Shown piece by piece: positions 33,441-46,599 of a stretch of 60,539 nt of DNA. The notes beneath the pieces are model-generated. The model was given only the letters and a program-made list of their open reading frames with translations, did not search any database and was not told the DNA's origin. The stretch spans positions 1 to 60,539 of the forward strand of contig JAAPAO010000154.1 in NCBI GenBank assembly GCA_013115145.1. Direction: 5' to 3'. Position numbers and translations under genes: made by a program. Source of the stretch: Perkinsus chesapeaki ATCC PRA-425. Lineage: Eukaryota; Protista; Perkinsozoa. The first letter of the stretch is position 1. Each line of letters starts with the position of its first letter.

Positions 33441-36400
33441 ATGAAGTTCACCTATCAACTAGAATACAACGCCTTTGGCCCTTGGCATGATGGTTATATT
33501 CAATATAAGAAGCTTAAAAAGTTGATAAAACAGCAAAGACAGAACTTAGCATCATCTGAAGAAGGAGCTACTACTACACCGGAGGAGGCATGGAAGGTAG
33601 TAATAATGTACTTTATAGTAGGTTAATAATAATAGTGTAATAGTGATAATAAATTAATGATAAAATAATAATAAGAATAAATGATAATTAAATTATAATA
33701 TTAATACCATAGTAATAGTAAATGAATGTTGAGGTGATAATAAAATAATAAGTGATAATAATAAAGTTATGTCGACTATTGACATATACTTTCCCACGAT
33801 CTTCATTAGGGAGCGCTTGTCTGTTTTGAACTCATTTAATATCTTTTATAATACCTCTCCAGGATGCCTCAATCTTGTCGGCTTCCTTATTTTCCGTCAT
33901 TCCTTCAGGCCTTCGAGGAGGCAGTCGATGCGGAGATGGACCGGATATCAACATATTTCTATACAGTAATAAAATACGCCACCAAAATCACTGAGAGCTT
34001 TGGTGCTAAGATTGATAGTACTAGTAGCATTTATGCCGAAGTATCTTGTACATTTAAAGCAACACGAAGATATTGCGTAGAATTTCATATAGTAGATCTC
34101 ATGCTTGATCAACATTAGTTATATCAGACTGGGAGCATCTATTATATACTGAGGATCCTTTGGACTGGATACGCTAAGTCGGTGTGTCCTCCTCCTTAGA
34201 TATACGCCCGGCTCACAACATCGGTCCAGCAGCATTTAGCCCCGATGGAGGCGCATAAGCATGTTGAATCTAAACATAGGAAGGAGTGTATTGAGCTATT
34301 TGCCGAACTTAATGAACTTAAGAACTTTGTACAGCTCAACTCAGAGGTAATATAGGGCGTTGTTGGAGTACAATGGCTAAAAGCAATGGGATCCTGCGGC
34401 AAAAGGGCCCGCAAAGAATAACTTTTCGTACGTTCAACCTCGACAAAACGGATATGCTGGCGTTCGAGACGTCTTGGAAGTGACTTTCATGGGTGTAAGA
34501 TATTAGAAGGCACTAACAATGGCACTGTAAATGGTAACATTGTGAAAAACGGTGTAAGAGGTCTGGTTACAAAGGGGAAAGGTTTTTAACTGATCTTGCA
34601 TAATAAACTTAAAAGGGACATTCAATGACAATAACCATAGCGTCATAAGCTATGTAGCTGTTAGTTTGACAAAGCAAACACTTCAAGCTGGCACCTCCGA
34701 ACGGAATCCGGATACTACTTGGACGTTTCCCGTGAGGCAGTTTCTCTTATAGCAATTGGATCTGACATTTGTAGAGCTGATAAATATCGGCGAATTGGGC
34801 TCTTGGGAAATAATGATGAAGTTGGAATTGAAGCAGCAGCTCAGTTGAGTAACGTATGAAGTAGTGTAGTTGGACCATATTGATAGGATATGGACTCAAC
34901 GCGATGTTGCCAATAGAATTGAGGAAGCAATGTGGCTGGTGGAACTGCTCGCATTGCACCTGCATATTTGATTTTAGGGCGCGCGTAAAATCGTGAAGAA
35001 GTTTGATAAGTTCAACGGCACATCTCACTGTAGTGAGTTTATGGCCACGTGTCGACCATTGGTGGCAATGCAGCATGAGGCACAGACTAATATACCAGCT
35101 ATGATAGCAGATATACAAACAAGGTTATAGCAGGGAAGGGGGTAATGAGAAAATCATGTGGGGAACTGTCACGCAGTCACTATGCCACCGATACCGATGC
35201 GGGGTTAGGTTACCATACAGGTTGGGGCATCCGAAGAGGTTGTCAATAGCTCGTAGGAATATCTCCTATGAGAGGTATTTCATCCGATGACATGCGAGGA
35301 GCGCCGCGAGCCTCTCGTGGCGGCTCTTTCTTTAGTGTTGGAGAGGTTGGGAAATATCTGAACAACGATACAGTTGAACTTGTCAGGATTAGTTCTGGCT
35401 CATGCTCCAAAGTTAGCATTTTTATATTAGCTACTTTTTTTACCCTTTTTGTCTGTTGCTTGTGGAATCGTGGCAAATTGCTGAATGAGCTATAATGTAG
35501 TAACTCAGACCTCGGGCCTATGACTAAAATCACGACGTCCAACAACCTGTCTCTCTACTCGGTCCCTGAAGTTGGGAAAGTGTGTATTGAAATAGTAATG
35601 AGTCTAATTAAACTGGCGCTCAAGTAAACGCTTTTTATATGTTGAAATATGGGCATGAGTGATTCGAGCGATGGCGGGAAACAACTGATGTGGGACCCGC
35701 TTCCGTAGGGATTGAGGCATACGTGTCCACGGTTATATCGTTGTTGAGAGTCTTGACGGTTTCCATTCGTTGTCAGTTACGCTGAATACTACTGCAGCGG
35801 TGATGTGTCCTTGGCGCTTGAGGAGCTCTCAAGAAGCTTATCGGAGCTGTTAGTATGGGATAGAGGGACAATATGGCATGATCTTATCAAACTTGAGAGG
35901 TATTATTATGGCCATGATTTGAAGGAAATGTGGTATAATTAGGCAGCGTACGAGGCTCGGAACTGTGGCGACTGGAGGGAAACCGGTGAAGTCGGAAGAT
36001 ATGCCGATGGTGAGGCAAACGACTCAAACGCAGAGCGCTGCGCCGCCACCGGAGCTGCTAGAAATGGGACGATCGAAGAGCACTGAGAGCCCTCCGGCAA
36101 AATTATTACCGCTCAATGCAGCGGAGCTGGCGGGGTGTCTAAAGAGGAAATGGGGGAGTATCGTCACTTACACTGTTGTCTTTCTGGTCTTTATTCTTCT
36201 GCTGTCATTGGATATCCCTGGGATGCCTGGAGCGGCCCGAAGATGCTTGGCAGTGTTGTGGATCACTAGTGCCTTCTGGTGCCTTGGAACTTTACCACTA
36301 CATATAACAGCATTGGCAGTCCCTTTATTGGTGGTGGTGGCGAGGTGCTTGCCATCAGCGGAGGGGGATAGACAGAAGGCGGCTCTGATGGCTATTAAGT

Positions 36401-37650
36401 CTATGTGGTCTGGTTCACAGTTGATGGTGTTGGCTAGTTTTTCTTTGGCGGCGGCTTTGTCGAAACTAAGGCTCGACAAGGAGATCGCCTGTGTGTTGCT
36501 GAAGTCGGCTGGCGGCAAGAGTCGTGTTCGAACCCTCCGCATGATGATGCTTGTGGCCTATATTGTCTCCGCGGCGGTCGGCAATGTTGCGGCGAGCGTG
36601 CTCTGTATGAGTATAGTCTCCCCTATACTAGATGAGCTGCCGCAGAACCTGCCCTCCACTTACTCATATGGTCGGGCGATGCTCCTGTCAATTGCGTTTG
36701 CGTGCAACATTGGTGGCATGACGAGTCCGGTGGCGTCTCCTCAAAATGTGGTAGCCTTTGCGACTTTACACACCGATTATGGGCTGTCATTCTCACAGTG
36801 GTGTGGTATAGCTATACCGACTTCCTTCCTGTTGTTGGTTGGTGTTTACTTTGTCACTCGCCCACGGTATCATCGACGCCGGGCGAGTCGAGTGGCGACC
36901 CAACAGCAGCAGCCACTTCTTCAAGAGAGCGCCAATCCGGACTACTTGGCTCTACCTCCCAGGCTACTGGCATCTGCCAGCGGGGCGCTCTTCGGTAACT
37001 GGCAGCGTACGGTGGTGATTGTTATCGTTGTGGGATGTATCATAATGTGGCTTTGCTCGGGGCTTACTTGTGCGGTTTTCGGTGACACTTCTTTATCGGC
37101 TCTGGTCCCTCTGGTGCTGCTCTTTTCGATTCCTGGTTTGCTCACCAAGGCCGACTTCCTTGCCCTGCCGTGGGATGTCTGTTTCCTACTCGCGGGAGGC
37201 TCATGTCTCGCTCTGGCGGTTAAAGATTCCAAACTGCTTGAGATTGCGTCGACAGGAGCATCGCATATCCTTCACGGTGCGCCCCTGTGGGCATGCATAG
37301 TTGGCACTGTTACGTTTGTGACGCTTTGTTCGACTGCTGTCTCCCATACTGCTGCCGCTAATGTTTTGATGCCTTTCATTTGTGCGCTCGGAGATGAAGT
37401 TGTCCCCGAAGGCGTTAAAGGTGGTGTCACCCTAATTGCTATGCCGGCTGCGTTGGCCCTCTCCGCGGGCTCGGCCCTCCCAGTGAGCTCCACGCCGAAT
37501 GTTAATGCCACAGCGATAAAGAGGCAGGGGGACGATAACAGGCCGTGGTTGCAGCCGAAGGACTTCATCGAACCGGGATTGATCACGTCTCTGCTGGCTG
37601 TTGTTATTATATCTGGCATAGGGGCGTTGATGAGCGAGGCAGTCGCCTAG
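33441..37650 (+). CDS. SPX-domain + SLC13-type permease; Pho87/Pho90/Pho91-like phosphate transporter
   Basis: MKF...W...YIQYKKLKKLIK (SPX start), ELKNFVQLNSE|GARKIVKKFDK (SPX end), then a 561-aa multi-TM terminal exon with NIGGMTSPVASPQN and LPVSSTPN motifs. Confidence 0.88.
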
Positions 37651-37737
37651 TAGTATTGTCGAAACGTTGTTTCTTGGAAGAGTGTTAAGAGTGTTGTTGG
37701 TTGTGTGGGATGAAGGTGTCGGTAGGTTAAGTCGATA

Positions 37738-38985
37738 ATGTCGAGTGCTGGCAGTAGGGAGAGAGCTGATGGGTTGAAGGCCGAGGGCAATAAGATGTAT
37801 CATGAAAGGAAGTTCAAAAAGGTCAGCAAGATTCAGGGAAGTGGTCCCAGTGCGAAGATACATTAGAACTTAAACTGATGTTTTGTTGGGCTAGAAGGAG
37901 ATATGAACGTTGGTTCATATTTGGGCTTCCAATCATTGAAAACCTGAACTGCTTCCAACTACGCTCATTATGGGCCGAATGTCCGATGATACTTCATGGC
38001 TCATTCCGGTGACTATTTGGAACGACAAAAGGAACTTGGTAAAGATTCCCTTCTAGCGAGGGCAAGCCAATTTCGTATAGTGGGCAGCTTAGCAGAAATC
38101 TGACAAAAAGATTGCGAGTGCAATCTGGAAGTGGCTCAGCTGCGCGCGGAGAAATCCTCTTGCTTGGTGGAAATGATAGGTGGCCTGCATCTTTATTCAG
38201 ACATCGAAAAACGACAGTCAACATAAATGATATTAACGACATTAAGATTGCCTTTCCACGGCTTTGCGCTCCGCGGATTTGTTGAAAGGATCCTGATTCC
38301 CTGAAAGTCCTCTCTTCACTGTTTTCCTTTCAACATGGTTTCTAATGGTGTATTAATATATTGTACTCATCAGGCTATCGAGCTGTACACCGACGCTATC
38401 GATATTGATGATAGCGTCCCTGCTTACTACTCCAATAGGGCATTGGCTAATGCAGCACAGGAGAGATGGCAAGAGGTAGGGATGGTAGTCATGTTATTAG
38501 TTTACTGTTAACGTAATTGTTGTATAAGGCAAGTGTCGTTCCAATTCACTGCATACTATAAAGGATTGTCACGGCCGCTATGCTTTTATTAATGCCTATC
38601 AACTCCGCAGCTCAATGCTGTTATAAGCAATATTTGTATCTTGTCATTTTTTCATACCGTATTTCCCGTTTTCGCCCCAACTTTCTGGTATACCCCAGTC
38701 CATGTTAATTTAGGTTTATGACGATTCCTTCCACATATTGTCGAAGCTTGATAAGACTCATGAGAAGGCGATCTATTGGGTGGTCCAAGCGAGCAAGGAG
38801 CTCGGCAAGCCCAAGGAGGAGGTAGTAGGCCGCCACTCCATCATTTGAAAGGTTTAGAGCCCCTTTCTGGTCTCTGTCAGTTGCTTAAGTCCCTGCCGGA
38901 CAGCGCTGCTGCTATCAGTAATATGTGGGGGTCTGATGATGATGAACATCCTACCGATAAGCAACTGAAGTATGCTGAAGAGTAA
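37738..38985 (+). CDS. Small TPR-domain protein, 4 exons
   Basis: ADGLKAEGNKMYHERKFKK|AIELYTDAIDIDDSVPAYYSNRALANAAQERWQE|VYDDSFHILSKLDKTHEKAIYW: co-chaperone-type TPR pattern. Confidence 0.8.
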
Positions 38986-39842
38986 GGGATGGCGGTATGA
39001 TTTATATTACTGTGAGAGTGACTTCAGCGCTGGAATGAATAGTTAAATAATTATACAATACGAAAGATATAGAGATGCCTGCTAGGGACGGGTTAAGTGT
39101 AGCGAGGTGAATCCTTTTATGGGTAATCGAGTATGGAGAATTCAATAGAAAAGGAATTAGCTCGAAATTCGACATACTTATCGATATTTTCACCCGTCCA
39201 GACCGCGCATCTCTAGATGTCGCGTACTGTACCTATTTTCATTTAAGCAAGTAAGCAATGTAAATAGTGAACGCCCGAACCATAAACTCACCACGAAGCA
39301 CGGCGGATTGGCTTAGTTGGCAGAGAGATATAGTGCGCTTCTATGATCTGTCGCATGCGGACTAGCTCCACTGGAGTCAGGACACATTCCATCCGTGCTA
39401 CTCATCAAAAAGAATTATAATAAATGCGCGAGTGACTTCCACGCTCCCTACGCTTCCAGGAACAACCACGGGGAGGTCTCTGGGCTATATTCCCGTACTT
39501 CTTCATTAATTGTATACGGCCCTGAACTCGCTCCATGACTGGACCTACACTCCAGTGAAATATTTAGTGCTCGTCGCCGTTAATATTTCCCCCTGATATG
39601 AGTAAAGTTTTGGTGGCCGCGACCGCCGCTGTTGCCATTAGAGATGAAGGTATATACAGAAATGCGAGATTAAGGTTCGATAATTTCCGTTGGCCGCCGG
39701 CAATCTTCTAAAATACGAAATTTCTCTGGGGTTAGAGTCGTGCGCTGAGGTGAATCGTATACCACTGGGAAGAGCTACAAATTTCTGATCCAGTGATAAT
39801 AATTTCATCCTGATATTCGATCGATATCTAATCCAGATCGGC

Positions 39843-39870
39843 GGTGGACATTTTTTTTGACCAGTGTGTA
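39843..39870 (-). mobile_element. Solo Tc1/mariner-like terminal inverted repeat with flanking TA
   Basis: Minus strand TA|CACACTGGTCAAAAAAAATGTCCACC resembles the Tc1 TIR start CAGTGCTGGCCAAAAAGATATCCAC; no partner TIR or transposase found by eye. Confidence 0.4.
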
Positions 39871-40125
39871 TCATCAATTATTGGGATTATCTACTGAGGG
39901 AATGTATTATAATAAATTGACTAGTATTACTGTACAGTGAATTAAAGTATATACTCAATGTTATTGTACGTAATCATCAATAGTTATTATGACATATTAA
40001 TAAGACTATAAATTAATTCGTAGAAGCAGGAGCAGCGGTGGCGAAAGTAGAATGAAATAGGATATGAATGATGTTGTTTGGTCAGGTGGGGTGTGAGGGT
40101 GAGTGAAGCAATAGTCAAAGGAAGG

Positions 40126-42783
40126 ATGGACAAGCTGCAGAAGATTCTAGAGAAGATACCAGTAGGGTCCTTTCCTTCTAATGTTAAAACCGGTTACACT
40201 GCACTGGCGAAGGTAGGTCGCAGGTTCGAACCCCGGTGAGGGCATTTTTAATGTTAGTATTATATGTCGCAAAGGGAGTGGAAGCAAGGGCTCGAGTGCT
40301 TCCGGAAGCTATTGGAGTATCAGGAGAAGCGATTGCCGGCAAATGAGCCGGCAACGCTGGACGAGTTAGCGACTACTTATAATAATATCGGTGTCTGTGA
40401 GAAGCATGCTGGAAAGTGAGGAGGAGCCTTGGGAGGGAGGGTGACGACGCTTGTTGTGACATATGTATGGTGAAGATCATCTTCGGATAAGCTTACCGAT
40501 ATTCTCACCGTGTGAAATCCTCAGTAGTATATAAATTAATGTGCATTTGATAAGTATGCACAGTAGCGGTTCACCTGCAATGATGACAAGGGAAACGACT
40601 TAACTTATATAGTAAGAGTGTATACTAATATACAGAGCTAAGAACTGACAGTGGTATTAACTTGACATTCGCCCGAGTACACTAAGTTGCTTGCCGCTCT
40701 TCTGCCTCTTTTCTCGCTTGTATGTGTAAGGTTGTGATACAGATCGTTTTGCCAGCAATGAAGTAGCCGCCTTGTGTGCTCAATAGTTTATATTTTCAGC
40801 TTGGAGGATGCTATTACCGACCTCCGCAAGTCACTGGATTGCAGTGTGCGAGCAGGGTCCGATGAGAAGGACCAGAATGTGAGCAGCCACTTTGTCGTGA
40901 TGTCGTATTTATCGTCTTCCTTCAGTTGGCGTCCATCTGGAGTAACATGGGCTCCTGTCAGCTGTCTCTTGGCAAGACCGATGAGGCTATTAAGTGCCAC
41001 AAGAAGGCCGTCGAAATTGCCAGTAAGTTTGTCTAATTCTCGTGGAGTCGTTCGGGCTTTAACCCAGAATTCTTTGTAGTGCGGTTACCCTAGGAAAATG
41101 AATGTACTCTATTAATAAATCCTTGCAGAGCACTCGCCATCGGAAGAGGGCTGCTGAGCTTCCGCCATATTGATGCATTCACTACCTTGAAGCGAATGTG
41201 CTTTGACATCCAGCCTGGACAGTAGGGGCCTTCTTGAGATGGCCGGCTCTGTTATATATGTTTTTCCCCTTTCCTCTACTCGGCCCGGCAGAAATATTTT
41301 AATAATATTTTTATCTTTGTCAGCCGTGAAGGGTGACACCCCCAAGTCAGCCCCATTGATGCTTGCATTGGCCAGAGTCCTGAGGGATAATGGTAAGAGC
41401 CACGAGGCTGATGGCCTGTTTGGTAGAGTTGTCGCTGTATGGTCTGGCTTTAAGAATGTGGAGGATCTGGTGAAGGAGAGCCCGGATGTAAGGGGGGTTT
41501 AGTACCAACAGAGATCTTATTCCTATTCTACTGATCTGATAATACTGGCCATCTAATGGCCTTCTTTTTATTGCGGCTGATATGTGGTCTCGGATACAGC
41601 AGTCATCGCTGATCATGTATCATATTACCTCCGCACTTGTGAGAATTGTTGGCCCTCGCTGTCGATAGCACATGTCCATGATAGAATCAAGAACGCCCAG
41701 CAAGGGGATACTCTTAGGGCTGCTTGAGAGGGAGGTATCCGGAGGAATGAATTATACTGTCCGACAGATATAATTCACATTGTTGCATAGTGGTGCATAA
41801 CTCTCTACGGTTACACAGTGCTAAGTGATACGTGATCATTTCTGATATACGATTCGCTCGAACAATACTTTTCATCCCAGCTGGCTGTGTGGCAGGTCCC
41901 CGATGAGCGTCGGCTTGTGGAGCTGTACATCACCACGGTGGCTGAATGGGCGATGTTGCAGTTATCATCAGACAGTAAATCAATCATCTGCTTCGCTCCG
42001 CTAAGAGATCTTGTATTTTAGGAGATGCTGCCACAAAGACCGCAGACTCCCTCCGCATTATGGAGTCTGGAGTGGCCACACTGAAGAAGTGGGGCCGTCA
42101 GGCTCAGGCTTGGAGGCTTCTGCTGCCGATGGCTCAGATCAGCGATAATAAGAAGTACTTGGATGAAGTAAGCGCGCGCCCAGATGATCGATTTGATATT
42201 GTTTGTGATGGTAGGCTTCGGAAGTTATCGGCGGTCTTCCCGAGGCTGAGCGGGATCTTGCTAAGCAAGCTGTTGCGCATGTAAGGGTTTTCGTCGGGGG
42301 GGTTTACGTTGTTGATGAATCCGCCTTTATCGTGTTGGCATATTCAGAGGTACCTTCCGTAGAAATTAGATATTTTTAGGTCAAATTTAAGCTGTGTATG
42401 GTATTAGTTTGTGGCATAATCTTGGTGCGACTTTGATAGTTCGCAGCAACCAAGACGAGTCTGGATGTGAAACTTCGAGGCTATATTAGACTTAGTATTA
42501 TCATGACCCTGTGTGGACGGGAGACTCAAACTCTTATATACGGCACAGACATGTGGGAAAAATCGATTGTGCTAAAATTATGTGGATGGATGTAAATGAT
42601 GAATACAATAAAAACTTGCATGCTTTTCGTATTACTTTGAAACAGAACTACTAGTACTGTACTAGGTCGAACTCGTCGAGTGTTTTTCGCCTTGAATGGC
42701 TGTGCCCATTGAAGCGTATTACCGATTGTCCGCAGGTCACCGAACAGATGTCGTCGAGCAAGCCTGCCCCAACAGTAGCCTAA
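40126..42783 (+). CDS. TPR-repeat protein (kinesin-light-chain-like repeats), multi-exon; both ends uncertain
   Basis: EWKQGLECFRKLLEYQEK...LATTYNNIGVCEKHAGK|LEDAITDLRKSL...LASIWSNMGSCQLSLGKTDEAIKCHKKAVEIA. Confidence 0.75.
40213..40244 (+). pseudogene. tRNA 3'-half-like fragment forming most of a 45-nt intron (sense)
   Basis: Intron GT-AGGTC-GCAGG-TTCGAAC-CCCGG-TGAGGGC-A-TTTTT-AATGTTAG; exact B-box followed by T5. Confidence 0.65.
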
Positions 42784-44799
42784 GTAACAGCAGCAGCAGC
42801 GACATCGCTGCACAAAACACTGTCCCTTACAAGAAAGTTGCTTTCGTTGTTTCTTTCGTACGTTCTGGTGATGGTAAGGTTGTGTTATCAATGTTTAGAG
42901 GGAAAATCGGTATGAGCTCAGCGTTGTAGTTATACTCGTTTTCGTTTTTGATGATGCAGCCCGCAGAGGTTTTACAGCAGAATCCGCTTGCACGGAGCCC
43001 GCTAGCAGTAGACCAGGATTGTGCGGTAGGATTGTGGTGGGCTCGCCTAGGCCGGCTCTATTAGTGGCTCAGATCTTCGCGATGCGAATGGTGAAGTTCA
43101 TGCAGCAAGGGCCGGATGTGTTCACTGAACAGCAAGTGGGTAATTTGAAGACTAATGAAGATAAATATAAATACCAGTGAGCGCGGGGGTTGACACTTGT
43201 ACTATAGAAAGTATATGAAAATTGAATATATGTTCGATATCCGTATGTAATATAAAGTTATTATTAACTTTTCGGCCTGAAGTACTATTATTACTATTAC
43301 TGTCCCATTACTCCATGTTACCTCAGAATCTTATTGCTGTTGTACTACACCATTTAAAGAGCAAGTTAGTAAAAGACAAACAGCCCTAAATATAGAAAAA
43401 TATATAAAAAAATTGAAATAAAGCCTAGTCCTATTTAGTTTTACTGAGGTTTCACTAATTTGGCTAGGTCTCGAAATGGTCTGGTACTTGCTCTATTTTT
43501 CAGTATAATAACCGGAAGATGCCTTCATGATGATGGTAAAGGCCTCGACTTTACTTGCTACTGCAAAAATATAGTGCCGGATAAGTTTGAAAGGCTGCAA
43601 GTAGATTTACATGTTATTGAATCATCTGTATTCCTTATTATCATTCTAGCAATGTTGGAAGACCCAGCAGAGTCATGATGCATGCCAGCTAGAGGTCTTG
43701 GATCTCTGCGACTCGGTCAGAGCTAGTTGGAGCGATCTGGTAGGGTCGAGGGGCAAAGAGTCTTGCAGTTCTCCAAGTTGCAGCAGCCAGCCAAAGCAGC
43801 GAGACTGGAGTGTCGGCGACTCGGTGTACATGGCAAGGCAAATATGCGCGAAATTTTAGATGTCGATTCTCACTGGTGTTGAACCGCAATAAACGTGTTT
43901 GCGTGAATGTTGAATTTGCATTGGAAGTGTATTATCTGTAGGAGGTTTAACTAATATTACAGCACCGTCTTGGTATGCTGACGATAAGGGGCAGCTTTGA
44001 ATCGCTAATTACGTCAACTTGCCACTGTTTTTCCCGTCCACTAGCATTGACGAGATTCAGAAATTTCAAACCCCTAATAGAAAAGCTTCTCCGGGATCAT
44101 GTAGATTATAATATCAATTCGTCATCTAAGGATATGTCTGCAGTATCCTCTCCTCCTTGTGAAGAGCAAGCCCCGATGGTAGTTCGGTACACTCAGTAGA
44201 AGGTGGTCGCTTAGTTGATCTAATAAAATGTTATTGTATTCCTGGAGCAACCCAGATTGCGATGATGTTCAATCTTTCAGATGTTAAAGTTGGCCCCTGG
44301 CAGCGATGCTGTGGTGAAGGACATAGAGCATCGACAAGATAGAAAAGCTTGGAAAAATGTTTCTAGCGTCTTTTAACCTTTATTGCGTGTTGTTGAGTTG
44401 ATACTTTTCCTTCCTTCCGAACACGCGTTGGGTAGTAGGCCGGGTGGCTGTACTAGCGGTGAGCTAGGCAGCTGCCTGCCTGCCTTAATCAGCCCAATAA
44501 ATTGACCTCGATTGTATTGGGGACAATAGAACAGTAGGACGTCATTATCGACTGCGGTACAACATAGTCAACCTATTAATATCTGTGAATTGTCCGTTTC
44601 ATTATGTCTTGCTGGGGGTTGCTCTTCCACTGAAAGGCATCCGTACGCTTATCAGAGCCTCTTCGCCCAGTGAGCTCATTAGTGTTGGTATGATGTGAAG
44701 GCAATCCTCCTATTGTGAAAGAGAGCATTATCGTCCGAAGTAGTGTTCCTTCTTGTGTGTACAAATTACAACTTTGCAAAAGTTACCGTTTTGCCTGTT

Positions 44800-45898
44800 A
44801 TGCCACCAGGATCGAACCCGGTGCTCTCCTACGTGGATGCTTATATATCTCACGGTGTATCCCTGGTCAAAGGAGGCGAACCTAGTGCGCAAATATCCCA
44901 GGACTTTATGGACAGTAAAGCAGCAGTTGAGTATTAGAGATCTCTGCATTCCCGTCAATGTTTTAGGTTACCGTGGCTTGGCGGTGGAGACGAGCCTGCT
45001 GACTGGCCTCTACTGGTTGATATCGACAAAACAGTTGGTCTCCTTGTACGTCCCTTGCCCGACCGATCCCCTACGGCCGATGGTTGATAAGCTCCTCAAG
45101 AGCTGCTATCGATCAGGGGGCTTCGCCGGCTCGCCTACCATCCAGTCACCAAGCGTTATTCCGACAACTTCAGCATTGCAGTTGGCCACGATGTTCGGCA
45201 TAGACTTGTCGGCATGGCGAGAGGAAATGGTTTCATGGTTGCTCGGTTTGATATCGATCGATGGTCTCGTGAGCAGTGGATCCGAATGGCTCGAGGTCGC
45301 CGGGGACATTCGCTTTGTGTACTGTGTTACGTTGAGCCTCACCTTGCTGGGCCACCAAGTTTCTGATGAGAAAAGTCGGTCGTTGGTTTCGTGGATTGTC
45401 AAGTGTCAAGGTCCAGACGGTGGCTTTGGTCAGCGGCCGGGCTGCGAGTCGCATGCCGGGCATACCTTCTGCGCAGTGGCATCGATGAAGCTTCTCCATC
45501 AGAAGGGATTCGACTCTGAAAGATGTATCCTATGGTTGAAGCGAAGAATAGTCTATCCCGGCTCTGAGGGGTGCACTGGTCGACCTGGCAAGAGAGCCGA
45601 CTCCTGTTACGTCTTCTGGGTCATGGCCGCCCTCAGCCTTCTCGGTCAGCTGCCCGCTCGTGGGGATTGGCTCGCTCCCGATGGCCTTCGGCATTTTATT
45701 GGTATCTGCTTTGATAAAGGAAAGGGTGGTATAGCCCCTAGCCCTGAGTGCCCTGCGGACCCTTTTCACACCTACTTTGCTCTCACAGGCCTGTCCATCG
45801 CAGCTCTCGGTGGTGGTACGGTGGAGCTCGGCGGTCATGAGATTGAGTTGCGAAGATACTGTGTTGAAAAGGCACTAGTGGAGCCTGCTGATTGTTGA
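44800..45898 (+). CDS. RABGGTB: Rab geranylgeranyltransferase (type II) beta subunit
   Basis: GGFGQRPGCESHAGHTFCAV, GRPGKRADSCYVFWVMAAL, GGIAPSP..PADPFHTYFALTGLS; one short intron near 44914-44967. Confidence 0.88.
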
Positions 45899-46599
45899 GT
45901 AGATAATTTAACGTCTACAAGAATGTTTGTTTCTTCTACGGCGTCTGTGATGTGTTATCTGTATTTGAGAGAGGTTTCCTAATGTCGTCCATTTGACGGT
46001 GGTGGATCGACACCAAGTGTTCAAGCTTGCAGTGTTCGAAACTAAGCATGTTCAATTTAGGAAAACGAAATGTACTTCCTCCGACTGGTGTGGCGATTTT
46101 CTTGTCGAAGTGTACTGTAGTTCTGACAGCAAGTTGAAACTTCAGCACGAAACTGAGCCTGATAAAACTTTATTTCCTCGTCAACATACGTAGGGAGCAA
46201 TAGCAGTAGTGGGCGGCGGACCGACAACTTTAGCCAGTACGACTAGTCGTCTGGGATCGCAGTAGTGCGGAGACGCGATGGAAATTTTGGTAGAAAATTA
46301 GGCCGAAATGACACATTGGATTCTGGATTCGTTTTGGGGTCTTCAATTGTGACTTTGTCACTCGTGTCTCGATAGGGTATTCCTCGCCTTTGCAACTGAA
46401 TGGCCGACTCTGCTGGCGACACTTTAACAATGTAAAGTGCAACTTATCGAAGTTGTGTTGAATACGGAAGTGTTAGGTGCGCTGACGATGAGCCTTGTAG
46501 ACGACGGCGACCTTTGATGCAGTTCAATAAAGATGTTATTAATAACAGTAGGCAAAGCTATTTCCTTCACAGCTGCTTTATTGACAAACTGCAGGCTAT

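Noticed and set aside
44809-44819. B-box-like GGGTTCGATCC on the minus strand
   Set aside because: It lies in RABGGTB exon 1 (PGSNP), the T-stem does not pair, and there is no variable-loop motif.
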